From the sequence record PZ053912.1: a stretch of 64,000 nt of DNA. One strand, given 5' to 3'. The notes under the pieces are model-generated. The model did no database searches, was not told where the DNA came from, and was given only the letters and a program-made list of their open reading frames with translations. The translations under genes were made by a program, and so were the position numbers. Shown here piece by piece: positions 32,812-42,159 of the stretch (position 1 is the stretch's first letter; the number at the start of each line of letters is the position of its first letter). Source of the DNA: a phage.

Positions 32812-33636
32812 TTAACAATTTGTAGACCAAGTCCATTTGGACGAATCTAAAGGAAAGTTTTGAATCGTCCACCACGGCTGCATATCAGTTGGTCCTGGGG
32901 TTCGCCAGGTATATGGAGTACGTGTTGTCGAGGGGCCACCAATTTGATTAGGCCATGCACCTGGACTTGTTGCACCAGATTCTTTAAGCAAATCCGCCAA
33001 TCGTTTTAAAAGGTCTTCACGATCTGAATCTGAATTATTCTTAGGCAGAACCAAACGAGATTCAATATCATCCCACGTGTGTACACGTTGTGCAGTACGA
33101 GGAATGGCATCACGTTCACCACGAGCCAACCAATAAATCGGTACATTAAGAATTTCTGCCGCATGGTCACAGTGATGAGCTAAATCGTCAACGTAACAAA
33201 TCACGTTATATTTTGTTTTAGCTAGTTCAAATAATTGTTCCTTTGACGAATCATGACCACACATCATTACTTCAGAGAAAGCGCCTGGGAACAAAGCATT
33301 CAAATTAAATTGTCTATTCAATCGAGCATCAATTGAATCACCTAGCGCCGTCACGGCTACAAAATTATAGTCTTCTTTTAGTTTATTGATAACTCGAAGA
33401 GCATCCGAATAAGGCGCTAAGTAACGAATAAAATCAGAGCTATTATATTTTTCTATTAATTGTTTACCGAGGTTATCGTCGGTATTGAATAGTTTACCAG
33501 GAGAAATAAATTTTTCATCCTGAATCATTTTTAAAATATGTTCTAATGGAAGATTATATTTTTGGGCAAAATAAGGAAGTCCAGATTGCCAGCTTAAACA
33601 TACACCATCAATATCAGTCAAAATAGTAGGTTTCAT
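32812..33636 (-). CDS. HAD-superfamily hydrolase-like protein with W/P/T-rich C-terminal tail (274 aa)
   Basis: N-terminal DIDGV (DxDG[TV]) motif and later YVDD motif typical of HAD phosphatases; unusual Trp/Pro-rich last ~50 aa. Confidence 0.5.
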   Translation of the reverse strand: MKPTILTDIDGVCLSWQSGLPYFAQKYNLPLEHILKMIQDEKFISPGKLFNTDDNLGKQLIEKYNSSDFIRYLAPYSDALRVINKLKEDYNFVAVTALGDSIDARLNRQFNLNALFPGAFSEVMMCGHDSSKEQLFELAKTKYNVICYVDDLAHHCDHAAEILNVPIYWLARGERDAIPRTAQRVHTWDDIESRLVLPKNNSDSDREDLLKRLADLLKESGATSPGAWPNQIGGPSTTRTPYTWRTPGPTDMQPWWTIQNFPLDSSKWTWSTNC

Positions 33637-34100
33637 AAAGAGTCTCTTAATAGGTTTAACACATCAACAAATTCAGCTTCGGTTAGTATTGTATCATCTT
33701 TTGTTAGACCGCTAGCCATGCTGTGCTTCAAAATTTTTCCTTTAGAGGCTTGTAAGGCATCACGAAACCCCTTGTTTTGGAACGCTGCTTCAAAATATGC
33801 ATTTGTGTATAATTCTTTCCACGCCGGAGAGTATCTTGAAAACGGAACTCCAAGCCAAAAGAGGGTCCCACGGTCCTGAGCTCTAGCATAAGACCTTCCA
33901 GCTTGTTGGGCGGCAAGCCCGGATAACCCAAATATACGACGTTGCTGTTCAACATTTTTCACCTTACATCCTTGGAGAAATCCTTCAAGACCTCCGAATT
34001 GAATACCATCCATAACAAAAGGCCATTGGGCAAAGTTACTTAATGCACATGATGGCCATTTGAAATTGCTTCTTATTTCTAATTCAGACATCTTTAACAC
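33633..34100 (-). CDS. NADAR (YbiA/DUF1768)-like domain protein (155 aa)
   Basis: LSNFAQWP...DG...EGFLQGCK and later FEAAFQNKGFRDALQAS blocks resemble YbiA-type NADAR proteins (FSNFAAWP...EHYFQAQK); assignment from memory. Confidence 0.45.
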   Translation of the reverse strand: MLKMSELEIRSNFKWPSCALSNFAQWPFVMDGIQFGGLEGFLQGCKVKNVEQQRRIFGLSGLAAQQAGRSYARAQDRGTLFWLGVPFSRYSPAWKELYTNAYFEAAFQNKGFRDALQASKGKILKHSMASGLTKDDTILTEAEFVDVLNLLRDSL

Positions 34101-34302
34101 TTATAATTTCAACATCAGCCCAATGGCCATATCCAGGTATACGGTCTTCGATAGATAAATTTCCGTCATTTTTAGGAATTTTAATTGACGTAACATATGG
34201 TTCTAAACGGTTTTCTGCATAATATGGAAAAACGTCTGTTACACGATAAGTAACTTCGATCATTTCCGTACCAAACAATTTCTGGATTAATTTATTCAAC
34301 AT
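34084..34302 (-). CDS. hypothetical protein (72 aa)
   Basis: Small ORF in operon-like overlap with neighbours. Confidence 0.5.
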   Translation of the reverse strand: MLNKLIQKLFGTEMIEVTYRVTDVFPYYAENRLEPYVTSIKIPKNDGNLSIEDRIPGYGHWADVEIISVKDV

Positions 34303-34489
34303 GTTTCAACCCTTTAATAGGAGATAACTCTTTACCCATACGTATGTCAGAAGTCCAATCAACCCATTGAACAGCATACGCTTCATTGATAATTCCAGCG
34401 CCGGTTTTAAATTCAGGGAGAACTTTAAAAATCACCCCAGGAATTCCAACACCTTTTAATTGAACTGTTTGTGCTATTAAAAATTTCAT
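34292..34489 (-). CDS. hypothetical protein (65 aa)
   Basis: Small ORF, overlapping arrangement. Confidence 0.45.
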   Translation of the reverse strand: MKFLIAQTVQLKGVGIPGVIFKVLPEFKTGAGIINEAYAVQWVDWTSDIRMGKELSPIKGLKHVE

Positions 34490-34543
34490 ATTTTTCCACT
34501 TACTAAAGAAATCATTATACTCTAATCCGTCCTTGGATGTAAA

Positions 34544-35158
34544 CTACTTAACGAAATTAATTTCCACCGGATGAACAACAGGTTGAGCAGTGATATATTG
34601 AGTAATTGCTTTCATGACTAGAGCTTCAGAACCAGGATTTTTCTCAACGAATTCACGTGCTTGGTTATGAGCTTCAAGTTCACTTAGTAAACCACTTCGT
34701 TGGCATCCACGGTCTTGAGTACCCTGTTCAGATAAAAAGACGACGATGTATTTTTCATCGTCATACGGTTTAGACGGTTGAGCAAATGTTCCTTTACTTC
34801 CAAAAGGAGAGTTATGACGCCACATCACGCCATGAGGAGTTTCAACCTTGGTATATTCGTGCGGACCATTTTTCTTAGTTTCTTGTTGCGGAACTTCATG
34901 GACCTTATGGTTATGACATTCAATAAAATGCTCATCTAAATCAGTCGAGAATATTAAAGTAAAACAATTACTGAATTTACCAACACCTGCCTGATAAATT
35001 TTACCTTCAGAAGTTCTAATTTCACAAACCGAGCCGGCGTCAGTAACTTCTAAAACTTCAAAAGGCTCGATAAGGTCATATGAGAACATGTTTTTAAGGC
35101 GTGGAGTAATATCCCCATTTTTAAAATTCATTTTATAAAAAGTATTAACTTTAAACAT
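34544..35158 (-). CDS. hypothetical protein (204 aa)
   Basis: ORF with GAGGAAA RBS immediately after a UUCG-loop hairpin; no recognised domain. Confidence 0.6.
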   Translation of the reverse strand: MFKVNTFYKMNFKNGDITPRLKNMFSYDLIEPFEVLEVTDAGSVCEIRTSEGKIYQAGVGKFSNCFTLIFSTDLDEHFIECHNHKVHEVPQQETKKNGPHEYTKVETPHGVMWRHNSPFGSKGTFAQPSKPYDDEKYIVVFLSEQGTQDRGCQRSGLLSELEAHNQAREFVEKNPGSEALVMKAITQYITAQPVVHPVEINFVK

Positions 35159-35193
35159 AATTTCCTCAGTGGGAGCCGAAGCTCCCAGTTAAA

Positions 35194-35559
35194 TTAGATA
35201 TCGAATTCGTTAAGAACTACATCAAAGATTGCTTCGAGATGTTCATGTTTAGCTCGGTTACTCAGGATATGACGAATCCAAGTTTTAACCAGAAGTTTAC
35301 GATTAACACCGTTCCAGCAAGGATGAGTACCTAAATCACGTTGACGGAAATCGTCATCTAATGCAATTTTGAAGTTGGAACCTTCCATCGTGATTGAAAC
35401 CGTGATGCCATTTTCAAATCGCATATAAACGTAATTAGGAGTCATATACTGCTCAATTTCGCATACTGAACCATTTTTATGCTTCCACAAACAAACCATA
35501 TCGATAGAACCAGCGATACCGTTAGAAACATATTTACGTTCGAAGTTGATGTAGTTCAT
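35194..35559 (-). CDS. hypothetical protein (121 aa)
   Basis: ORF preceded by early-promoter-like motif at 35601-35629. Confidence 0.6.
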   Translation of the reverse strand: MNYINFERKYVSNGIAGSIDMVCLWKHKNGSVCEIEQYMTPNYVYMRFENGITVSITMEGSNFKIALDDDFRQRDLGTHPCWNGVNRKLLVKTWIRHILSNRAKHEHLEAIFDVVLNEFDI

Positions 35560-35600
35560 TTTATTCTCCAGATGTTTAAGTTGTTTATTGGTACAGGTCT

Positions 35601-35629
35601 ATAATAACATAACCTGTACCAAAGTAAAC
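35601..35629 (-). promoter_or_regulatory. early-type promoter (GTTTAC-N17-TATTAT) overlapping a 9-bp inverted repeat
   Basis: Motif on minus strand; inverted repeat GGTACAGGT...ACCTGTACC spans the spacer and -10. Confidence 0.45.
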
Positions 35630-35633
35630 TGTT

Positions 35634-36002
35634 TTATGCAACTTTAATCCAATTGTCTAAATTTAAAACACCTTTGGCTTTCATTTTTTCGATCAGGTTA
35701 TCTGCTGTAATGCGTCCATTTTGATACCATGTAACATCTTCAGAGTAACCAGTTTCTTCGTCAACATATGTTTCTGAACGAATTTTACCGGTAATAATAG
35801 TTTTTAATTCGTATGTGTCACCTGTGAAAAAGTTTGCTAACACAATTTTCCAAGAGAAATCATCTGAAGGACCTTCAGGGGTCATACAACCTACGAACTC
35901 AAATTGCTCTTTGTATAACATCCACTGGAATTCTTTAATTTCGATAGCTTTATAACCATCGTGGTCTTTACATTTGATGTATGAGTTCAGATTGATTTTC
36001 AT
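35634..36002 (-). CDS. hypothetical protein (122 aa)
   Basis: ORF preceded by early-promoter-like motif at 36045-36073. Confidence 0.6.
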   Translation of the reverse strand: MKINLNSYIKCKDHDGYKAIEIKEFQWMLYKEQFEFVGCMTPEGPSDDFSWKIVLANFFTGDTYELKTIITGKIRSETYVDEETGYSEDVTWYQNGRITADNLIEKMKAKGVLNLDNWIKVA

Positions 36003-36044
36003 TTTGTTCTCCGGTTTGTTTTATTGATTAGGTGGTACAAGTCT

Positions 36045-36073
36045 ATAGTAACACATCCTACAGGAGAGTAAAC
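36045..36073 (-). promoter_or_regulatory. early-type promoter (GTTTAC-N17-TACTAT)
   Basis: Motif on minus strand about 40 nt upstream of the 122-aa ORF. Confidence 0.45.
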
Positions 36074-36110
36074 ATCTTTTTTAAACTTTTTCTGCCCTAA
36101 ACGCACAAAA

Positions 36111-36128
36111 GGGAGACCGAAGTCTCCC
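36111..36128 (-). terminator. terminator hairpin (GGGAGACUUCGGUCUCCC-UUUU) after small basic ORF
   Basis: Same 18-nt element as at 12733 and 60440, here on minus strand followed by U4. Confidence 0.65.
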
Positions 36129-36133
36129 TAAAA

Positions 36134-36313
36134 TTATGCAACAACCTTTCCAAAACGAGAAGCATCATCTCGAAGAACTGCACGTGCTCTGCGCATGATC
36201 TTCTCAACTGTTTGATTAATACGAGAGTTCGACCCACGCTTGTATCCAGCGCGTTTAGAGGTACCATCAACTTTCTTTTCAACTGCTTTCTTTGCTTTAG
36301 CTTGTTTTGCCAT
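36134..36313 (-). CDS. small basic lysine-rich protein (59 aa; not in ORF track)
   Basis: Hand-translated minus ORF MAKQAKAKKAVEKK...RFGKVVA ending TAA, immediately followed by GGGAGACUUCGGUCUCCC-UUUU terminator; weak RBS. Confidence 0.45.
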   Translation of the reverse strand: MAKQAKAKKAVEKKVDGTSKRAGYKRGSNSRINQTVEKIMRRARAVLRDDASRFGKVVA

Positions 36314-36476
36314 TATAAATTCTCTTTAAATGAAAATGCAGGACTTATTGACATTGCCTGCGCAAGCCCTCAATGGGAACATAGGTTTTGGGTATTTAAC
36401 GACAGGATAACCATAAACCCGTCATCATACTTACCATGACTTACACAGCTAACCTTTTGCTGACGCATGATAGTAA

Positions 36477-36725
36477 TTATTTCAAAGTAATAACAAAATG
36501 ACGAACTGCTTTGCGTGCTGCAGAAGCCAGAGGCTTAGCATATTTCAATTCATCTTTAGCTTCCAGTTCAGAAGCCAGAGTAGCCTGAGCAGGATTCAGG
36601 TGTTTGAAATAACGCAGGATTTCCAGTGCTTCGGCTTCAACATCAATCGACGCGCCATAGTTTTCGTGACCGTTATTCCATGCGTTGCGTTGCAGTTCAA
36701 GAGCGTGTTGTAATTGTTTAATCAT
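36477..36725 (-). CDS. rIII: lysis inhibition accessory protein rIII
   Basis: 82 aa; near-identical to remembered T4 rIII (MIKQLQHALELQRNAWNNGHENYGAS...). Confidence 0.95.
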   Translation of the reverse strand: MIKQLQHALELQRNAWNNGHENYGASIDVEAEALEILRYFKHLNPAQATLASELEAKDELKYAKPLASAARKAVRHFVITLK

Positions 36726-36849
36726 TTTAAATTCTCAATTCGAGATAATATTTAGTAGCCACGTTCGTCTGAATTTCACCTTCTTTCGACAAGTCTCTCA
36801 GTTGTAGGCTACCGCTTAGAAGAGTGTTCTCTTCATATAGTTATTTATA

Positions 36850-37182
36850 TCACTTATAAAGACACGGAATAGCTTTATAGTGGCATGTTACGAATTTCTG
36901 TTTAATTTCTTTAGGTTGTTTAAGTCCCAAAGCCACAAATGGATGTGGAACATTTCGAATTTGTCCAACTGGTAGTGGAGTCAAATCACCGACTTCAACA
37001 AAACCTTCAGGAACATCAGGACCTACAGAATGAACTACACATAGTTCAGGAACTTCACCTTGAACACGTTTACCAATCACAAGTCCTGATTCTGTAACTT
37101 CTTCATCACCTGCTTGAGCGGGTTCAGAAACCAGAATGACATATTCACCAACAGCACGAATTGGGAGTTGTACTTCAGACAT
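36850..37182 (-). CDS. 31: head assembly co-chaperonin gp31 (GroES-like)
   Basis: 110 aa; near-identical to remembered T4 gp31 ([25 protein letters not shown]...). Confidence 0.95.
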   Translation of the reverse strand: MSEVQLPIRAVGEYVILVSEPAQAGDEEVTESGLVIGKRVQGEVPELCVVHSVGPDVPEGFVEVGDLTPLPVGQIRNVPHPFVALGLKQPKEIKQKFVTCHYKAIPCLYK

Positions 37183-37239
37183 CTTATTTCCTTGTTGTTT
37201 GACGATAGATTAATAATACCATACTATTCGTAAAGCATA

Positions 37240-37536
37240 TTACATAAGAAGCAAACGTTCCGCCGGAGTACCATCAACCGAAATTACTTTATCAAGGCGG
37301 AAAGAACGCCACTGACCTAACTTGGTATCGAATGCTCGAACTGATTCACGAGGTTCATAACGAACTTCTGTTGCCGGATTGTTATTTTCGTATTTGACTT
37401 CAAGTTCATCGCGCGAAGCAAACATAGTGCGTACCTCACCGTTAGCCTTTTCAAATACAACACAATGAACGCCTACAGACAGAATAGTTTTAATACGTTC
37501 ACGAAGAACCATAGTTTCTTGTTCAGTTAAAATCAT
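37240..37536 (-). CDS. hypothetical protein (98 aa; 31.1-like position)
   Basis: ORF between cd and 31. Confidence 0.55.
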   Translation of the reverse strand: MILTEQETMVLRERIKTILSVGVHCVVFEKANGEVRTMFASRDELEVKYENNNPATEVRYEPRESVRAFDTKLGQWRSFRLDKVISVDGTPAERLLLM

Positions 37537-37538
37537 AA

Positions 37539-38120
37539 TTATTCACCACAAAAGTTTCGGATTTGTTCCCAATTCAGAGAACGAAGATTATTACGAGAGT
37601 ACTGAATTACTTCAATACCGGCTTGTTTTAGAATGTCTGCCCAATTTTCAGGAGATCTGTCATATAATTCTGCGTATACAACCTTTTTAATACCTGACTG
37701 CGTAATAGCTTTAGTGCAATCAGGACATGGAGAAAGTGTCGTATACAACGTAGCACCTTCAATAGAATTACCTTTACGAGCTGCAAACAAAATGGCATTC
37801 AATTCAGCATGGATTTCGTTATTAGCAGACCATGCACTATGAGCGGCCCGATGTTCTTTAGCCAAAACAAAATTATCCACCCGTCCAAATGCTGTAGTGC
37901 CTTCTTTATGTCCAGCAACGATGACCGGGCTTGGTTTATTCTTCAACCAACCATTTTCGGATGCATGTTCACAACAGTTAACGCCACCTGCTGGTGAGCC
38001 ATTATATCCAGTAGAGATAATGCGTCCATCTTTTTCAATGACTGCGCCAACTTTCCATGAACAACATTTTGATTCTTGAGAAATCAGATATGCAATCTGA
38101 AGGTATGTGCTAGCTTTCAT
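37539..38120 (-). CDS. cd: dCMP deaminase
   Basis: 193 aa; zinc-binding HAE and PCxxC motifs (NEIHAELNAI, SPCPDCTKAI); size as T4 cd. Confidence 0.95.
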   Translation of the reverse strand: MKASTYLQIAYLISQESKCCSWKVGAVIEKDGRIISTGYNGSPAGGVNCCEHASENGWLKNKPSPVIVAGHKEGTTAFGRVDNFVLAKEHRAAHSAWSANNEIHAELNAILFAARKGNSIEGATLYTTLSPCPDCTKAITQSGIKKVVYAELYDRSPENWADILKQAGIEVIQYSRNNLRSLNWEQIRNFCGE

Positions 38121-39112
38121 TATTGAACCTTATTAATATAAGTTAACAGCTCTTTAGTTTGTTCCCAACTGATGCACGCATCGGTAACGGAAACACCATA
38201 GGACATATTATCGGAAATTTTTTGATTTCCTTCATGTAGGAATGATTCTATCATAATTCCTTTGACCAAATCATTAGCTGCTAAATTTTTACCAATACCA
38301 ATTTGATTGCTATAATGTCCATCAGCGTTTGCATGGCTACAGTCAACCATTACATAATGATTCAGACCTACTGCCCTTGCTTTGTTAGAAGCTTCTTGAA
38401 TATCAGAAGAATGATAGTTCGGGCCGTTAGTCCCGCCACGCAATACGATATGCGTATTCTGATTACCTTCAGCTTCAACAATGCCTACAGTACCATCGAC
38501 GTCCATACCCATATACCGATGAGGCCAGGCGGCACTATACATCGCGTCTGTAGCTACTTTAATAGAACCATTGGTTGCGTTCTTGAAGCCTACGCACATC
38601 GGTAGACCTGAAGCAATTTCACGATGCGTCTGACTTTCAGTCGTACGGGCGCCAATAGCAACCCATGAGAAAATACCAGAAAGATACTTAATCGTGAATG
38701 GGTCTAATACTTCAGTTGCTAATGGAAGTCCCATACGTAGAAGTTTACGACACAATGTTCGTGCAACTATAAGACCGTGGTTCATATCAAAACTTCCGTC
38801 AAGATATGGATCATTTACAAGACCTTTCCAACCTACGGTAGTTCGAGGCTTTTCAAAATAAACGCGCATCACTAACAGAACATTAGGAAGACGAGTTTGA
38901 AGTTCAGCCAGACGTTTGCCGTATTCAACAGCAGCAATAGGGTCATGAATTGAACAAGGACCTACAACAATAAGTTTGCGTGGGTCTTCACCGTTCATAA
39001 TCGAATTAACTTGTTCGCGATGAGAAGCCACTTGTGATGCGTAAGCTTCCGACAAAGGAATAATCTCAGCCAGTTCTTTTGGAGAAATAAGTTTTCTGAT
39101 GACAGGTAACAT
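38120..39112 (-). CDS. 3-deoxy-D-arabino-heptulosonate-7-phosphate (DAHP) synthase, class I AroG-like
   Basis: 330 aa aligns along its length with remembered E. coli AroG: LIVVGPCSIHDP, RVYFEKPRTTVGWKGL, AIGARTTESQ.HRE.ASGL, FSHAN, ESFLHEGNQ, TDACI.WE; metal ligands Cys/His/Glu/Asp conserved; AAGGA RBS; stop overlaps cd start. Confidence 0.9.
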   Translation of the reverse strand: MLPVIRKLISPKELAEIIPLSEAYASQVASHREQVNSIMNGEDPRKLIVVGPCSIHDPIAAVEYGKRLAELQTRLPNVLLVMRVYFEKPRTTVGWKGLVNDPYLDGSFDMNHGLIVARTLCRKLLRMGLPLATEVLDPFTIKYLSGIFSWVAIGARTTESQTHREIASGLPMCVGFKNATNGSIKVATDAMYSAAWPHRYMGMDVDGTVGIVEAEGNQNTHIVLRGGTNGPNYHSSDIQEASNKARAVGLNHYVMVDCSHANADGHYSNQIGIGKNLAANDLVKGIMIESFLHEGNQKISDNMSYGVSVTDACISWEQTKELLTYINKVQ

Positions 39113-39233
39113 AACAATCCTTAGGAGATATAAACAGATTCTGATTCAACAATACCTTTAACCGGATTAGACAGGCTAAGTTGGTAGTGCTCAGATTTAT
39201 GACCATTCACGATAGTAATGAGATAGCTCCTCA

Positions 39234-39470
39234 TTATAGTGTTCCATATACTCGAGTTGCTTCAACAAGACCATCACTGCCTAATTTAAGATTAGTAATT
39301 TGGTCACCATCTTTAGGATTAACGATTATGAGAAAAGAACGTGGAGATTCTTGAATAACTCGTAATGTTGCATCTTGGAAACGTTCAGACACTTTATTGA
39401 TGAGTGCTTGAGCAAATTCTTTTACTTTAATCTGAAATTCGTGTACTGTAATTGGGTTTTCACTTAGCAT
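39234..39470 (-). CDS. hypothetical protein (78 aa)
   Basis: ORF preceded by early-promoter-like motif 39499-39528. Confidence 0.55.
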   Translation of the reverse strand: MLSENPITVHEFQIKVKEFAQALINKVSERFQDATLRVIQESPRSFLIIVNPKDGDQITNLKLGSDGLVEATRVYGTL

Positions 39471-39498
39471 TTCTATTTCCTCATTTGTTGGTAGAGTT

Positions 39499-39528
39499 AT
39501 AGTATCACAACTCCACCATGTTGTAAAC
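39499..39528 (-). promoter_or_regulatory. early-type promoter (GTTTAC-N18-TGaTACTAT)
   Basis: Motif on minus strand about 30 nt upstream of the 78-aa ORF. Confidence 0.45.
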
Positions 39529-39530
39529 CA

Positions 39531-39806
39531 TTAAATTGCTTTGCATTCAATTTTTTGTGTACCGAAATTGATATCACATTGGATAACTAAATCGCCGTCA
39601 AGATCAAATACCACTATGACGTGTGCAGACCCAGGGAGAAGAGTAATAGCAATAGAATCTACTTGGTCTGGGAGCAAAGCATTGAGTACATGAGTTAGTT
39701 GAGCATGAACTCTGAGTTCGGCTGCATTATCAAGCACTTCAAACATATTATTAGCAATAATCTGACTGAAGACTACCTTTACAATTTCAGAATAAGTTGG
39801 GAACAT
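39531..39806 (-). CDS. hypothetical protein (91 aa)
   Basis: ORF in pseT-cd hypervariable interval. Confidence 0.5.
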   Translation of the reverse strand: MFPTYSEIVKVVFSQIIANNMFEVLDNAAELRVHAQLTHVLNALLPDQVDSIAITLLPGSAHVIVVFDLDGDLVIQCDINFGTQKIECKAI

Positions 39807-39813
39807 AATTACC

Positions 39814-40038
39814 TCAGTGTACAGTATTTACTTTAACTCGAACAACAAATCGCTCGGTCGGTTCACCTACAGGAACAAACTCTACATGATATTCACCTTT
39901 GTAACGAGTATTCAGATCATTACGAATTCCTGCGAGTTTGTTGATTAATGTAGGACTCATATTAAGTCCCACTAGTTTACGAAGCATTTTGTATGCTTCA
40001 TCTTCGATTTCATGATGTTTATCGTACATAGTTTTCAT
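39814..40038 (-). CDS. hypothetical protein (74 aa)
   Basis: ORF in pseT-cd interval. Confidence 0.5.
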   Translation of the reverse strand: MKTMYDKHHEIEDEAYKMLRKLVGLNMSPTLINKLAGIRNDLNTRYKGEYHVEFVPVGEPTERFVVRVKVNTVH

Positions 40039-40209
40039 TTAACCATTCAATTGCCTGGTCGACGTTATCAAATATACCGCCGTCCAACCATTCTTCATGT
40101 TCATAGTCCAGCACATCAATACCGAACCGTCCATTTACTAAAGGCCATACTACAAACAAATATTCTTTATGCTGTTCGATGGCCTCAATCACTTCATATA
40201 ATCGTTTCA

Positions 40210-40210
<1 letters not shown>
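40019..40210 (-). CDS. hypothetical protein (63 aa)
   Basis: ORF immediately downstream of pseT. Confidence 0.45.
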
Positions 40211-41296
<1,086 letters not shown>

Positions 41297-41297
<1 letters not shown>

Positions 41298-41596
41298 TAT
41301 TTTATTCCTAAGAAAATTTCAAGAATACGAATGTTATGCTCGCGCCGGTCTTTATTAATTTCAGCAACGTTTTTATTAATTGACGTACTTCTAACGTTTG
41401 AAGAAATAAATTTAATCATATGACTTTTGAGTTGTTGCAAATCCAACCCTTTTTCTTTAGCAGCTTTACGAAGAGCTTTACCTGCTTCATCTAGTGCCTT
41501 TGCTGCATCTTTGTCATAATTGCCGAGTGACATTCCACGACAGATATCAATGTACTCATCAGACCGTTTGATGTAATTCTCTAGTAATGTTTTCAT
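41297..41596 (-). CDS. hypothetical protein (99 aa)
   Basis: ORF upstream of pseT. Confidence 0.5.
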
Positions 41597-41653
41597 TTAG
41601 ATTTCCTCAATTATCCATAGGAGCATTATACTCTGCTCCCGAGAGTTTGTAAA

Positions 41654-41878
41654 CTATTTTACTAAAGATTCAATATACTCATGAAGAGCTTTAGTCGCTA
41701 CTGCCCACTTATTCCGGTATTCATTTTTCAGATTAGCACGAGACTGAACTAACAAGCGGTCATTAGTTGGAGGCAAAGATTCTAATCGTTGAATCTGTCG
41801 CCCATAAATCATAGCCGCCATTTCAGATTCATAGATAAGCCCTTTAATGTATTCATGCTGTTCTTTAGTCATTGGCAT
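41654..41878 (-). CDS. hypothetical protein (74 aa; pseT.1-like position)
   Basis: ORF overlapping o-spanin end. Confidence 0.5.
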   Translation of the reverse strand: MPMTKEQHEYIKGLIYESEMAAMIYGRQIQRLESLPPTNDRLLVQSRANLKNEYRNKWAVATKALHEYIESLVK

Positions 41879-42159
41879 TTTTCCTCTTTTAAACCACTAC
41901 GATAATAACATAACATAGTCTTCTGGTCATGTACATATCTTTTTACGTCGTTTAACCAGATACGAAATTCTTGAGAGTCTTCAAACGGCATTCCAACCCA
42001 TGGATTACCATCAATAACCTTTACTTGCCATTTCTGGTTATATTCAACAATAGATTCTGGCCATGGCGGATGTAAAGTTTCTTTAGGGCTTAAAGGCACA
42101 TCCTGGGCACATCCGGCCAAAATGCCAATAGATAATACAACTGCGGTTAATTTAATCAT
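41869..42159 (-). CDS. outer-membrane spanin (Rz1-like lipoprotein; T4 pseT.2 equivalent)
   Basis: 96 aa with signal peptide and lipobox LAGC; 4 nt overlap with upstream i-spanin. Confidence 0.7.
   Translation of the reverse strand: MIKLTAVVLSIGILAGCAQDVPLSPKETLHPPWPESIVEYNQKWQVKVIDGNPWVGMPFEDSQEFRIWLNDVKRYVHDQKTMLCYYRSGLKEEKCQ

Noticed and set aside
36212-36439. Plus-strand 75-aa ORF overlapping the rIII-downstream gap
   Set aside because: It is antisense to the surrounding transcription unit, has no RBS and a low-complexity Phe/Leu/Cys-rich product typical of spurious reverse-frame ORFs.
36314-36476. Possible tRNA or structured ncRNA in the 163-nt gap downstream of rIII
   Set aside because: No cloverleaf with acceptor stem and T-loop GTTC-like motif could be traced by eye. 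Left as an unexplained gap rather than called as an RNA gene.
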